Assembly (NCBI GenBank): GCA_951406725.2
Contig: OX597822.1
Location: 85,498,001-85,562,000, forward strand
Origin: Octopus vulgaris
Taxonomy: Eukaryota
Length of the DNA: 64,000 nt
Direction of reading: 5' to 3'
The first letter of the stretch is position 1. Each line of letters starts with the position of its first letter. A program made the translations under genes and the position numbers. The notes beneath the pieces are model-generated. The model was not told the origin of the DNA. It saw nothing but the letters and a program-made list of their open reading frames with translations, and made no database searches. Below, piece by piece: positions 1-12,749 of the stretch.

Positions 1-52
1 TCATCAGACAGTTTTTGCTATACATATATATATACACACACACACATATAGA

Positions 53-108
<56 letters not shown>

Positions 109-217
109 CATTTTAATAGTAATGGTATGACAACAAAAGAATGAATGAGACCGCGATATTATGTAAATAGAGGAATTTATCTGTAATATGAAATGTGACA
201 ATTATTCGGTTGCCATT

Positions 218-276
218 ATAAAACTCCGAGTTTCGGATATCAGGGCGGATGCCTACTCCGGTATCTCGTCAGTTAT
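218..276 (-). ncRNA. Minimal type I hammerhead ribozyme motif (PLE pLTR type)
   Basis: Minus strand reads ataa-CTGACGA-gata...tatc-c-GAAA-ctc(g)gag-TT-ttat: stem I ataa/ttat, conserved core, helix II, short helix III. Lies in a ~180 bp block between two (TA)n tracts. Confidence 0.65.
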
Positions 277-286
277 CAAGAAAATC

Positions 287-347
<61 letters not shown>

Positions 348-513
348 GGAATAGTTAGTATGAATCATTTTATGGAATAAATTATATAAAATTCGTGGAT
401 AAGGTCGGAATAATGCGAAATAAATCTAAGTCACCATTGACCTGTTTTCTTGTGATTTTCTCGTGATTTACCTTGGATTAATTTCGCATTGTTCCAGTCT
501 CACCCACGTATTT

Positions 514-577
<64 letters not shown>

Positions 578-691
578 GTGTATGTATGTATGTATGTATG
601 TATGTATGTATGTATGTATATACACACACAGACCTATCTACGTATGCGTGTCTATTTATATATATGTATGTCTATATATAAATATATGTAC

Positions 692-727
<36 letters not shown>

Positions 728-730
728 ATG

Positions 731-827
<97 letters not shown>

Positions 828-976
828 AACATATATACACGCACGTGCGTATATGCATATATTGAAAAACTTGAACACATACACCCACGACAACAGAAGC
901 CACTCAAAGATATCTATATACACTTCTTATGGGGAAAAAAGAATAAATAAACATATATATATATATATATATATAT

Positions 977-1035
<59 letters not shown>

Positions 1036-1474
1036 ATAAACAAAGTTGAAAATAAAAGCAAATAAAATAAGAAAAAATGTCAATAGAAGAAAGGAAATGA
1101 AGAAATAAAGAGGAAAAAGTCAATATAGAAGTAATTATGTGAGAACACATCTCTTTATCGATCTGAGATCAAGGTTTGTTGGTGTTTTGCACACCTGGAC
1201 GGAGGCGATACTGGAAATTAATAGAAAAGAAATGTTTGAGGCATTGATGTGGCATGAAACTTTATACAATTTGGAGTTAAGTGAGTGACTTAGAGTTTCG
1301 ATTGGCTGCAAAGGAAGGGCTGCGGACGGTACAGATGTACAGCAGGCACACATTCTCACCACAATCAGAGAAGCATATTCATACTCATATGCGTGTGTGT
1401 GCGTGCGTGCATGCGTGCGTGCGTGCGTGTGTGTGTGTACGTGTGTGTAAATGTATGGGTCTGGGTGCGTGTAT

Positions 1475-1533
<59 letters not shown>

Positions 1534-1572
1534 GCACCCTGAAACATACATATATATGAGAGAGAGAGAGAG

Positions 1573-1657
<85 letters not shown>

Positions 1658-1795
1658 CATAGACAGATAGCTACATGTATACATACATACATACATATAT
1701 ACTTACATAGACAGACAGATATAGGCATAAATTTATAGATATATATATATATAAGCACACACACATACACACGCATACACACACAGATATATGTA

Positions 1796-1841
<46 letters not shown>

Positions 1842-2212
1842 TAAATATATATACGAGTATACATATATCTATTCTTATATATCTCTCTCTATATATATAT
1901 CTGTTTAAAAAGTATATAAATATAACACACACATACGTGTGTGTGTGTGCATGTTTGTATATAAATATATGTATGTATATTTGCATGTATATAGCCGTGT
2001 ATCCCCGTACATATACATAGTATTAGAAATCGATGTTGTTTGTTTAGAGTAAGTATTCTTTTTGTTTATTTTGTTTGACTTTTTTCCCCCTCTGACTGAC
2101 GACTGCGTGTTTGCTCAACTAGTTTCTTTTATGAAAAACAAGACCGCGCTTAATATTGCTAAGAAATTGCATACGTATTTGATGATTTTTGAAGATACGT
2201 GTGTGCACGTAG

Positions 2213-2352
<140 letters not shown>

Positions 2353-2481
2353 TTAAGTGTTATAAATATTTTAAAAACCTTTCGTATATATGCCTATCTA
2401 TTTATGTATGTATGTATGTATGTATGTATGTATGTATGTATGTATGTATCTATCTATCTGTCTGTCTGTCTGTCTGTCTGT

Positions 2482-2519
<38 letters not shown>

Positions 2520-2537
2520 AGAGAGAGAGAGAGAGAG

Positions 2538-2614
<77 letters not shown>

Positions 2615-2647
2615 TATGTATACATATACATACATGCATATATATAT

Positions 2648-2769
<122 letters not shown>

Positions 2770-2868
2770 TATTAAAAAAAACAGAGAAAATGACAAGAAA
2801 AAACAACAACGCGAGCACGCGGTACATGCGATGTATCAATAAGGCGCTCAGGGAAGGATAGAAAAGTT

Positions 2869-2903
2869 GCTTTACGTTTCGAGCATAGCTCTTCTTCAGA
2901 AAC
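2869..2903 (-). ncRNA. Minimal type I hammerhead ribozyme motif (PLE pLTR type)
   Basis: Minus strand reads gttt-CTGAAGA-a-gagc tat gctc-GAAA-cg-TA-aagc, with palindromic ACGT helix III. Lies in a ~200 bp block (2770-2975) next to (TA)n; related to 54768-54955. Confidence 0.8.
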
Positions 2904-3244
2904 GGGAGACGGAGAAAAGTTCAAAAGAAAAGGAAGAGTGAAGAAAAAAATCGCTAACAATCCACATGTAGTTACATATATATGTCTGTCATGTATGTAT
3001 GTATGTATGTATGTATGTATGTATGTATGTATGTATGTATGTATGTATGTATGTATGTATGTATGTATGTATGTATGTATGTATGTATGTATGTATGTAT
3101 GTATGTATGTACGTATGTATGTACGTATGTATGTACGTATGTATGTACGCACGTATGTATGTATGTATGTATGTAATAAGATAAGAAAATAGAGAGGTAA
3201 TTAATAAATTATTATTTATTAATTAAAAAAATTGACAGACATTC

Positions 3245-3326
3245 ATTACAGCTGTTTCGATTCTTGACCCTCAGAAAGTTAATTATTAAAATTAAAAATT
3301 ATTTGAAAGTCGAATCTCTTCAGGAG
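3245..3326 (-). ncRNA. Hammerhead-like motif with long helix II in an AT-rich PLE-like block (about 3175-4066)
   Basis: Minus strand reads CTGAAGA-gattc...gaatc-GAAA-cagctg-TA, with palindromic ACAGCTGT helix III. Stem I is degenerate. Confidence 0.6.
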
Positions 3327-4020
3327 TAGTTAATGATATACAAAATAGGTGTTCAGTTTCTGCATATTGAGTAAACGACTGCAAACCGTTAACTGATAAA
3401 ATTTATACATAAAGAATATAGTATAAAACATCGTATAGAGCTTAGAAAATGGATGAAGGTTGTGTATATTGAAGTTGTAAAGTAAGAATATAACAATATA
3501 TTCATCTGCGGTGTTAAGTATAAGAAAAGCTCAAGTAGATATATTGGTAAAAATGTAATATTGTGATATTATGTCTATCCATATTAAATCAATAGAAAAG
3601 TAATATGCAGAGTTTAATTCAGATGTGTATTGTTATTATTGATATCTAATTAAGGTGGTGGACATTTCAGGTAATCTATTACTTATTATAAATATCGAAA
3701 GGGTTAAAAGACTAATAAGATATATTAATTTAATGAAGATTATAAAATAAAAACAAGAATAAAGTAAAGTAAATAAAACAAAATAGAGCAAAAATTAAAA
3801 ATAGACTAAAAGTAAATAAATGAATAAAGACTTAGAAAATATAAGCTTTCACCCCTTAAACAATTTTTATTGAGCTAGACTAATAAAGATAAGGAACAAT
3901 TGGACAAAATTTAAAAAATTTCAGATATGCAGCGTTCCCTTGGTGAGATACCGGATGTAAATATGTTAAGAGACTGAGGTAAGGGGATATAATATTTAAC
4001 ATAAATAAATAAGAATTAAG

Positions 4021-4114
4021 GGGAATAAATATATGCTAATATATTTATTAGCATATATTTATTCCCGTTTAAATGTCCGTGCATGAAAAGAAAGTTGATC
4101 ATGCACGGACGTTT
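4021..4114. repeat. Two adjacent hairpin palindromes
   Basis: gggaataaatatatgctaata (4021-4041) pairs perfectly with tattagcatatatttattccc (4046-4066). aaatgtccgtgcatga (4071-4086) pairs with tcatgcacggacgttt (4099-4114) with one mismatch. Confidence 0.85.
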
Positions 4115-4529
4115 TTTTTCTCTCTTCTATCTTTTCTCTTATCAAAAAAATGTTTCTCCCAGCGTTCACCATTTTCTCCTTGTTCTGGTCTAATGACTCT
4201 CCATGTTTGTTTTCGTTCGATTTCCCTGTAAATCCCCACTGTCATTTTTTTGTTCTCAACTTTGATCCTCCATAAATTCTAAATTTCATTTTAGAATTTC
4301 TGGGAGCAACTGTCTTCGAAGACTCATATTGTCGTTGAATGCTCGAAATGAGGAGTAGATAGAGAGCCGACAACTGATGAAGAGTCCTTTCTCTGTGTTT
4401 ATTTGTCCTGTTCTCTTTTTTCTCTCTCGTTGTTCACCTATTTCATGTTATTTGCACCGCTGGTGACGTCCTGTACCTATATATGCATGTATATATATAT
4501 ACATACATACATACATACATATATATGTG

Positions 4530-4593
<64 letters not shown>

Positions 4594-4713
4594 CATACAT
4601 ATATATATACACACACACATACATAGGAAATACACAAACACGGACAGGCAAGCACATAAATATGCAGGATACGTACATACAGATGCACACACATACATAC
4701 ATACATACATACA

Positions 4714-4744
<31 letters not shown>

Positions 4745-5150
4745 GCATACACACACCTATATACATACATACACATGCAAACACACACACACATACATAC
4801 GTACATGCATGCATGTATAGGCACACACACATACTGACCCACTGACCCACACACATGCGCACAAACAAACAAAAGGGAACGCAGTGTAAATAACGGACAG
4901 AGTCAAGACTATAGAAAAGGTTGCAAGACGCAACGAAAATTTTAGGAAAATAAAAATAAGAAATAAGTGGAAATTTTACCGGTGAGTGTGTTAAATAATA
5001 AGGCACTAAAAGAGAATGACTCTCCCCAGACACAACAGAATATGCTTCAACACACGAACTCATATAAAGAATCTTGCAAACCAAATCCAAAAACTAAATA
5101 TATATATATTATTTATTATTTTATTGAACGCGACGCATCCATTTCCAAGT

Positions 5151-5234
<84 letters not shown>

Positions 5235-5678
5235 GTATGTATATTTATATGTATGTATATATATATGTATGTATGTATGTATTCGCATAAGTACATGTAG
5301 AAATAGACCCATAAACATATACGCATACTTATGTGCCTGTGTGTGTCTATGTATATGTATGCATATAATATATGTATGTATTCATGTATTATGAGAATAA
5401 GCATGTATGTTTATGAATGTGTAAGATCTACATCACCCTCTTGCTCGTCCCCTCAGATTTAAGGAAAGGTATCCACGCGTGCATCGAGCCATGGTTTGTT
5501 ACAAAATATTCGACGAACAAGAGGGACAGGAAGAAGACTGAATGCTGAGATGTGTGTGTGTTCAGTATTTTATACCGTATGTTTGTTAATTTGTGTATAC
5601 TTATATGTATGTGTGTGTGCACGTGTGTGTGTGTGTGTGCGTGTGTGTATGTGTGTGTGCGTGCGTGCGCGTGCGTGC

Positions 5679-5718
<40 letters not shown>

Positions 5719-6852
5719 ACGTGTGTGTGTGTGTGCGTGCGTGTGGATGGATACGAATGTGTGCGTGCGTGTGGATGGATACGAATGTGTACCAGCACGA
5801 GCGCATGTAAACCTTTAAAAATCAATTTTTACACCAAAGATTATTATTTATGCAAGGGAAGTAACTTTTGTGTACGGTGTAGTTACCTCCCATACAAGCC
5901 TCTGATTTTTATCATTTCCATTACATGGTGTGATAACAAAGACCGCTATCTCTTGAATTTATGAATCATCGATAGTGTTCAAGCTTATTTCGACCAACTT
6001 AATACAATTTAATTGGTTAGAAGAGAAATATAAATATACACTGTTCAGTCTGTAAGAGGCTCCGATGGAACCTTTAGCGAGAACGTTCGTTCTACAAGCC
6101 AGCGACCTGATCACTTTCAAATCACGGCCAACAGTTTTTAAAATATAAGAACGCATTTCACGATGTGGTTGATGATGATTTAAGAATTAATAAATTGGTG
6201 AAGGCAAAAATACCTTGACTCATATGTCGGCTCGATCAGGACTGATCTTCCTCTGAAACTACCACCACAACAACACCAACATCAAGCACTGTTAAAATAT
6301 CGGTCGCTTATGTTTATAACGAACAACTTTTCTTTTCACACAGAATGTATTTAAAACAATTTTAAACACTCTCATGGCTGTTTGTTGACAACTTTGTCCG
6401 CCTTGTAAGGGTAAAAATGCATTATTTTCGAAAATATCACCTTCTTGTTTATCGTACGATACGCATTCAGCGCTTTTCAAACGCAAATATAAGTTTGTTT
6501 ATATACAAACGTTTAAACACTGCTTTAGTTATGCAATTATTAAGGCAATGAGCTAAGATGGAGAGTTATGGCAGTGAGTTATGGCAGAGAGCTTAGGCAA
6601 ATACATTGCAGTTACCGTGGAGAGAAAATTCTGTTATAGCAGGAGTAAAATGCCGAGTTTTTGTTTTTTATTTTGTGTTGTTGTTTTTTTTTTTACACCT
6701 TGTATTACGGCTTGGCAGTGATACAAGGTGTGACACTGAATCTGCTCCACATAGCCCGAAGGTTGCATGGAGACACTTGGCGTGTTAATAGAACCTGCCA
6801 AGAAAACATCTCCAGTGCATGAAACTATTAGTACCTCATAACTATATGAGTA

Positions 6853-9057
6853 AAGAACCCCTTCGGTCATGAATGACCATGGGATTGCACCTAGGGAGTT
6901 CCACTCCGGAGCACAAGTCCGAGCAAGGTTGTTTATGGAAGACCAGCAGTCGGCCTTACATACCAGCCTCCCCTGTCCATACCCAGCCACGTTGCCAGCC
7001 GATTGCAACTGGGGGTGCTGAAAAGGGGTACAGACAAAAGCTCCTACTTAAAGTGTGAAAGTGGACAATGCTTATATATTTCGGTTATTTTTTCTTTTTT
7101 TTTTTCACATTTCTTGACGCCTTACCTGGTCAAAACTTCTGATATATTTCGTTTTTATTTTCATTTTACTTGTTGCAATCATTAAACTGAGGCCATGCTG
7201 GGGCATCACCTCGAAAAACTTTTAGTCGAATGTATTGACTCCAATATTTTAAAAAAAGGATTTTCAACAAGCACATAGTTAAGCCTAAAAGGTCTTTCTA
7301 CATGCTAGAGATAACAGCCAAATCTTTAAACATTATTTTTGTATTATATCAAATAAACATTGACCACGAGGCTGACAGTGTGTCTTCTCAACAATTCGAT
7401 GATTTCGTTTTGCATTGCTGCTGAGGTGTAGGTCGCATTTTTTGGAATCGTGCTGTAACATTCCATTAGCTTTGAGTCTTTCTCTAATGTGTACTGGAAT
7501 AATTTCATAAAAAGACCAATAAAGATCCTGAAAAGCTTCATTTTCGTTTCCTCGAAAAGGCAATTCGTTTGCACAAGGAAAATGAACAATATCAACAATG
7601 GAACTGATATAATTAACGGTTTTTGCTCAACTGATCATTTTGCAAGATTGAAGACACGGATATTGTTGTGGATAAACGCTGTTGGCGTTCCTTCCATGTT
7701 ACCATAGCTTGAATATGGGATGCAGAGTTTGCGTGCTTATTTAAACCTTTGTTTTTTTTTTTTTTCTTCTGCATGATGCCAATTAGAATATCCATTTTTA
7801 ATAAAACAAGTATCAGCTTGAGCAAACAAGCAAAACGAAACAAGGCTTTCTTTGAAAGAGAATACACTAACCATAAATGACCAGTAAACCAGCTTGACGA
7901 GAAGTCATGTCTTTGATTTCCATAAACTTTTGGATCAAACTTTGCTAGAACTGGTTGCACTGGTTAGCAGTCGACCTGTCCTAGATCATCCAATGAGGGT
8001 GTCAAAGACTTTGCAAGACCTCCCTTGAGCTGCATTAGATGAATCGGATTGGAAATTCAGCAATGATTGCTTCAGTTTTCTTTTTCGGCAGTGATTCATT
8101 ATTTTTTGGCACCGATATTCGCAATAATTAATTCTAAGGTAGAATATCGTAGAAAGAGTAAACAATTTCTTAAAATTTATGTATTTTTAACTTAAACTCA
8201 AAAGAGATTTCGGTTCAAGCAATTTTTTTTTTTTCAATTTCTTCAAAGTTATGCTTTTTTAGTTAAACACAAAACAATTTCAGTATAAACTTTGTTCAGA
8301 GTAAGAAAAAATATTCAGTGAAAGTTCTCACCTGAAAAATACTTTCTGAATGTATATTTTGGGAAATTTCAAAAATCTTCTTTCCTTTTTCGCGAATAAT
8401 CCTCTCTGACTAGTAGAAATAAAATGACTTTTTAATGTCCGTCTCTGTTCATATATATATATACGTGTGTAAGTGATGCGTTTACTACATAAATATCTAA
8501 CTACAGCAGCAATTCTTCACATACTTTTCAACAGCAACAAGGACAATCACCAGCACCGCCGTCGCTACCACGAGCAACTGACCCAGCATTACCCATTCCT
8601 ATATTCAACCCACAGTTGATGACCGGGTCAGCAGCCAATTCTGTAGCAACAATTACAGTTACAACAAACACTTTGACTAGCTCTAATTTACCCACATTTT
8701 TACATCACTTACAACTTAATCAAAAGAAATTCAATTTATTGCATCTTTAGCGACTTCAGATATTGCTTCAGGTATTGCTGGCGACAATCAAAAGTGGATA
8801 TAAAAATTCTCTTACTGGGGTCCCCTTCCCCCGTTGCTACGTGCCTGTCCATACCACTGATATTAATCCAAGGGAAAGGCGAAGGGACCGATACAGTTTG
8901 GCACCAGTGACGTCGCAACCCATTTCTACAGCTGAGTGAACAGGATCAACGTAAAATAAAGTGTCTTGCTCAAGAACACAACACGCAGCCCGGTCTGCGA
9001 TTCGAACACACAACCTCACAGTCATGAGATCGATGCTCTAACCACTGAGCCATGCGT
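6853..9057 (-). mobile_element. tRNA-derived SINE (family D) split by an hAT insertion (pieces 8848-9057 and 6853-6983)
   Basis: Minus strand begins cgcatggctcagtggttagagc...gttcgaatc (A/B boxes), then a CORE-like ttgtgttcttgagcaagacacttt. The body is homologous to 11560-11750 and appears to continue across the 8-bp TSD. Confidence 0.7.
6984..8847 (-). mobile_element. Internally deleted hAT DNA transposon with a degenerate TTF-zinc-finger/DUF4371 (ZMYM1-like) transposase N-terminus
   Basis: TIRs cagccacgttgc (6984-6995) and gctacgtgcctg (8836-8847) match 10/12. Perfect 8-bp TSD tccatacc at 6976-6983 and 8848-8855. Minus ORFs 7613-7960 and 7333-7563 give RHDFSSSWF..WLVYS...GLNKHANSASHIQAM...PFRGNENE. 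Confidence 0.85.
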
Positions 9058-9096
9058 GTACATTAAACCATATTCATCTGCCACCGGATGGAATAC

Positions 9097-9312
<216 letters not shown>

Positions 9313-9569
9313 TTTTTGTAATAAATTGTTTTTGATGCCAGTGACAACGTCGACGACGAAGAAAATGATGATGATGAGAGTATGAGAGGAAATGTAAGGA
9401 GAATCCTATTTAATTATTGTAGTTGTTGTTGATGTGGTTGTTGGTGGTGGTGGTGGTGGTGGTGATGGTGGTGGCGATGGTGGTGGCCGTGGTGGTGGTG
9501 GTGGTGGTGCTGCTGCTGCTGGTCATCGTTGTGCTCGACGGTTTTTGATGGAATTTGTGCTGCTGCTTA

Positions 9570-9945
9570 TTTGTTTGTTTGTTTGTTTGTTTGTTGAGCG
9601 TAGCGGTCTTCGTCCCTTAGTGGGAGAAGTCCGAAACGTGGTCCTTTGCTATTCGTAAGACCCGCAGAAGAGAAAGCAGGTCAACCCCCGACACCGAGAG
9701 CATCGACGGATGGATGAATGCGCATCCAGGCTCAGCGGTTGCGTAGGAAGTCGGGGACAAGAAACAGGAAGAAAGAGTGAGAGAAAGTTGGAGCGAAAGC
9801 GTACAAACAGGGGTCACCACCACCCCATACCGGGGCCACGTGGAGCTTTAGGTGTTTTCGCTCAATAAACACACACTGGGAATCGAAACCGCGATCCTCC
9901 GACCGCGAGTCTGCTGCCCTAACCATTGGGCCATTGTGCCTCCAC
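9570..9945 (-). mobile_element. tRNA-derived SINE (family C), AAAC-type tail
   Basis: Minus-strand head gtggaggcacaatggcccaatggttagggcagcagactcgcggtcggaggatcgcggtttcgattcc has A/B boxes. The head and middle are homologous to 60675-60869. Confidence 0.75.
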
Positions 9946-10284
9946 TTGCTGCTGCTGTCTGCCTCCCAGCCAGATTCCCCGACGGCCGGAATCTACGGTG
10001 GCAGCCATACCAATCCCGTCTTTTTCACGTGCATTATTTATCGTCGGTTACCCTAATCCAGTCTGTCCATCCATATTCCAGACGATAAGGGACATTGGGT
10101 CGCTATTTCCAACAAAGCATGCAACCACATAGTTTGCGGGGCGGGGGTTTAGATTTATACATTTATTTGATTATTTATACATTTATTTATTGAATTATTT
10201 TTTTGAGAGTAGATGTTTCTGAAGTCTGTAAGAGTTATTTCCCGTTGAACGCTTCGCTCTTATACAAACACGAGATTTACATTT

Positions 10285-10807
10285 TATATTTATTTTTTTT
10301 TCACTTCTTTCTTTCCTCCATTTTTTTTCTTTCTTTCTTTCTTTCTTTCTATCATTCTTTCTTTCTATCTTTCTTTCTTCTATTCATCCATTCATTCATT
10401 CTTTCTTCCATTCTTTCATTCATTCATTCATTCTTTCTTCCTTTCTTCCTTTCTTCCATTCTTTCATACATTCTTTCTTTATTTATTTATTTCTTTCTTT
10501 CTTTCTTCTATTCATTCTTTCTTTCTTCCATTCTTTCTTTCTGTCATTCATTCTTTCTTTCTTTCTTTCTTCCAATCTTCCATTCATTCATTCTTTATTT
10601 ATTTTTTTTTTTCTTTCTTTCTTCCTTCCTCCCATTCTTTCATTCATTCTTTCTTTCATCTATTCATTTATTCATTCTTTCTTCCATTCTTTCATTCTTT
10701 CATGCATTCATTCATTCATTCTTTCTTTCTTTCTATCTTTATTTTTTTCTTTCTTTCTTCCATTCTTTCATTCATTCTTTCTTTCTTCCATTCTTCCATT
10801 CATTCCT

Positions 10808-10863
<56 letters not shown>

Positions 10864-10900
10864 TCCTTCTTTCTTTCTGTCTTTATTTTCCTTTCTTTTG
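10285..10900. repeat. Degenerate compound (TTTC)n/(TTCA)n microsatellite
   Basis: About 600 bp of mixed ttct/ttca units; explains ORF 10203-10931. Confidence 0.9.
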
Positions 10901-11039
10901 TTCTTTATTGGCTGTATGCATAAAGAAATGATGCCCTCGCACGCACAAACACCGACATATATGCACTCACTGAAACACATCTTTACAAACCCCGACAATT
11001 CTCTCGAAGAACTTAAATGAAACTCAAAGAGAAAATATG

Positions 11040-11174
11040 ATGTGGTCATGTGGTAAGAAGCTTGCTTCCCAACCACATGCTACAGGTTCAGTCCCACTTG
11101 GGCGAATGTCTTCTACTATAGCCCAGGGACGACCAAAGCCTTGAAAGTGGAATCGGTAAGCGGAAAGAAACCCG

Positions 11175-11180
<6 letters not shown>
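11040..11180 (+). mobile_element. SINE family B, 5' fragment
   Basis: tgtggtaagaagcttgcttcccaaccacatg...ggttcagtcccac...aaagcc..., homologous to 31770-32182. Confidence 0.7.
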
Positions 11181-11253
<73 letters not shown>

Positions 11254-11559
11254 CGTGTGTGTGTGTGTGTGTGCTAAAACAAGTAAAACGGAAAGAGGTA
11301 AAAAGGTGATACATTTGAGTTGGAAGGGTAGAATACTTTCCATGGGACACAACATTGCAGTGCGTCATGAATGGGATACAAACCACTCAGTGCGAGTATT
11401 TCAGGGGTGTGACGAAAGGGGGAAAGTCCCACTGCGTACACCCTGGGCGATTGCCTTCTACTATGGTCCCGATCAACCTACGTTTTAGCATAGTGAGGGA
11501 ATTCGGTAGATGGAAATTCAAGGGAAAATCGCCGTCGTATACACACACACACACACACA

Positions 11560-11750
11560 TACCTCCACGCCACCGATGTTACTCAAGGGAAAGGCAAAGG
11601 CTGATACATCTTGGCACCAGTGACGTCGCAACTCATTTCTACAGCTGAGTGAACTGGAGCAGCGTGAAATAAAGTGTCTTGCTCAAGAACGCAACACACA
11701 GCGCGGTTCGGGAATCGAACTCACTACCTCATGATCATGAGCTCGATGCA
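11560..11750 (-). mobile_element. SINE family D fragment
   Basis: caagggaaaggcaaagg...ggcaccagtgacgtcgcaac...ctgagtgaac...gtgtcttgctcaagaac matches 8860-9030. Confidence 0.75.
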
Positions 11751-11786
11751 CTCTCTCTCTCTCTCTCACTCTCTCTCTCTCTTTCT

Positions 11787-11837
<51 letters not shown>

Positions 11838-12123
11838 TGTATGCTCTCTTATTCTTTCATTCTTTCTTTCTATCAGCCCCTTCATGCTTACTTCGTTCTT
11901 TCCACACTTCTTTCATTCGCTCACATTTCCTGGCCTTCCCTTCATTTTCACCTTCCCTCCTCTTTCACTTTACTCTGTCCCTTTTCTTTTTTTCTTGTCC
12001 TTCCCCATTTTTTCTATCCCTCTGCTTCTACCTCTGTTCTCTCCTTCCACGTGACCGGTGTTCAACCAAGCCTGACCTTGCTTTCTTGGTTTGACTATCA
12101 TCCGTGCAACATCTATATTCCTT

Positions 12124-12346
12124 GGCGAGCTGGCAGAAACGTTAGCACGCCGGGCGAAATGCATAGCCGTATTTCGTCTGCCGTTACGTTCTGAGTTCAA
12201 ATTCCGCCGAGGTCGACTTTGCCTTTCATCCTTTCGGGGTCGATAAATTAAGTACCAGTTACGCACTGGGGTCGATATAATCGACTTAATACTTTGTCCT
12301 TGTTTGTCCCCTCTATGTTTAGCCCCTTGTGGGTAATAAAGAAATA
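12124..12346 (+). mobile_element. SINE family A (Meta-domain-like core), full copy with TSD
   Basis: ggcgagctggcagaaacgttagcacg...gagttcaaattcc...gcctttcatcctttcggggtcgataaattaagtaccag. 10-bp TSD tatattcctt at 12114-12123 and 12347-12356. Near-identical copies at 28691, 49521 and 58760. Confidence 0.9.
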
Positions 12347-12749
12347 TATATTCCTTCCCATGTCTGTAATCTCTTATGTCCCTGCCGTAAGGCTTCACTT
12401 CTTCATACGCCAGCTTCATTTAATGCGTTCTTAGTCGAAAGACACTGGTTGTTATGTCGTGTTGTTTGCATTTGCATTTGTGTATCATTTCTGTCCTTGT
12501 TTTCGTATATATTCGCTGCTTTCTTCCAAGGAATCTAGTGCTCTTAGCTTAGATTTTCTTTAGGACTGGCCAGATTGGAACAGTCTCTAGTATAACCAGC
12601 CGAAACTGTAAATCCAATCTGGAACTCGACTGACGAAAGAAAACTCCGAATGACCCGTCCTTGTTTTTTCTTGTCCCTTTTTTGTATCATTTGTCTGGAT
12701 GTTTTGCATTCTTGTCCCATTTTTTGTATTCTTTTATATATATATATAA

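Noticed and set aside
7333-7960. Host ZMYM1-like gene
   Set aside because: Multiple stops and frameshifts, and enclosed by TIRs and an 8-bp TSD.
12555-12615. Hammerhead candidates at 12555-12615 and 4310-4370
   Set aside because: Some stems and GAAA are present, but no CUGANGA core at the right position. Probably decayed pLTRs, so not called as ribozymes.
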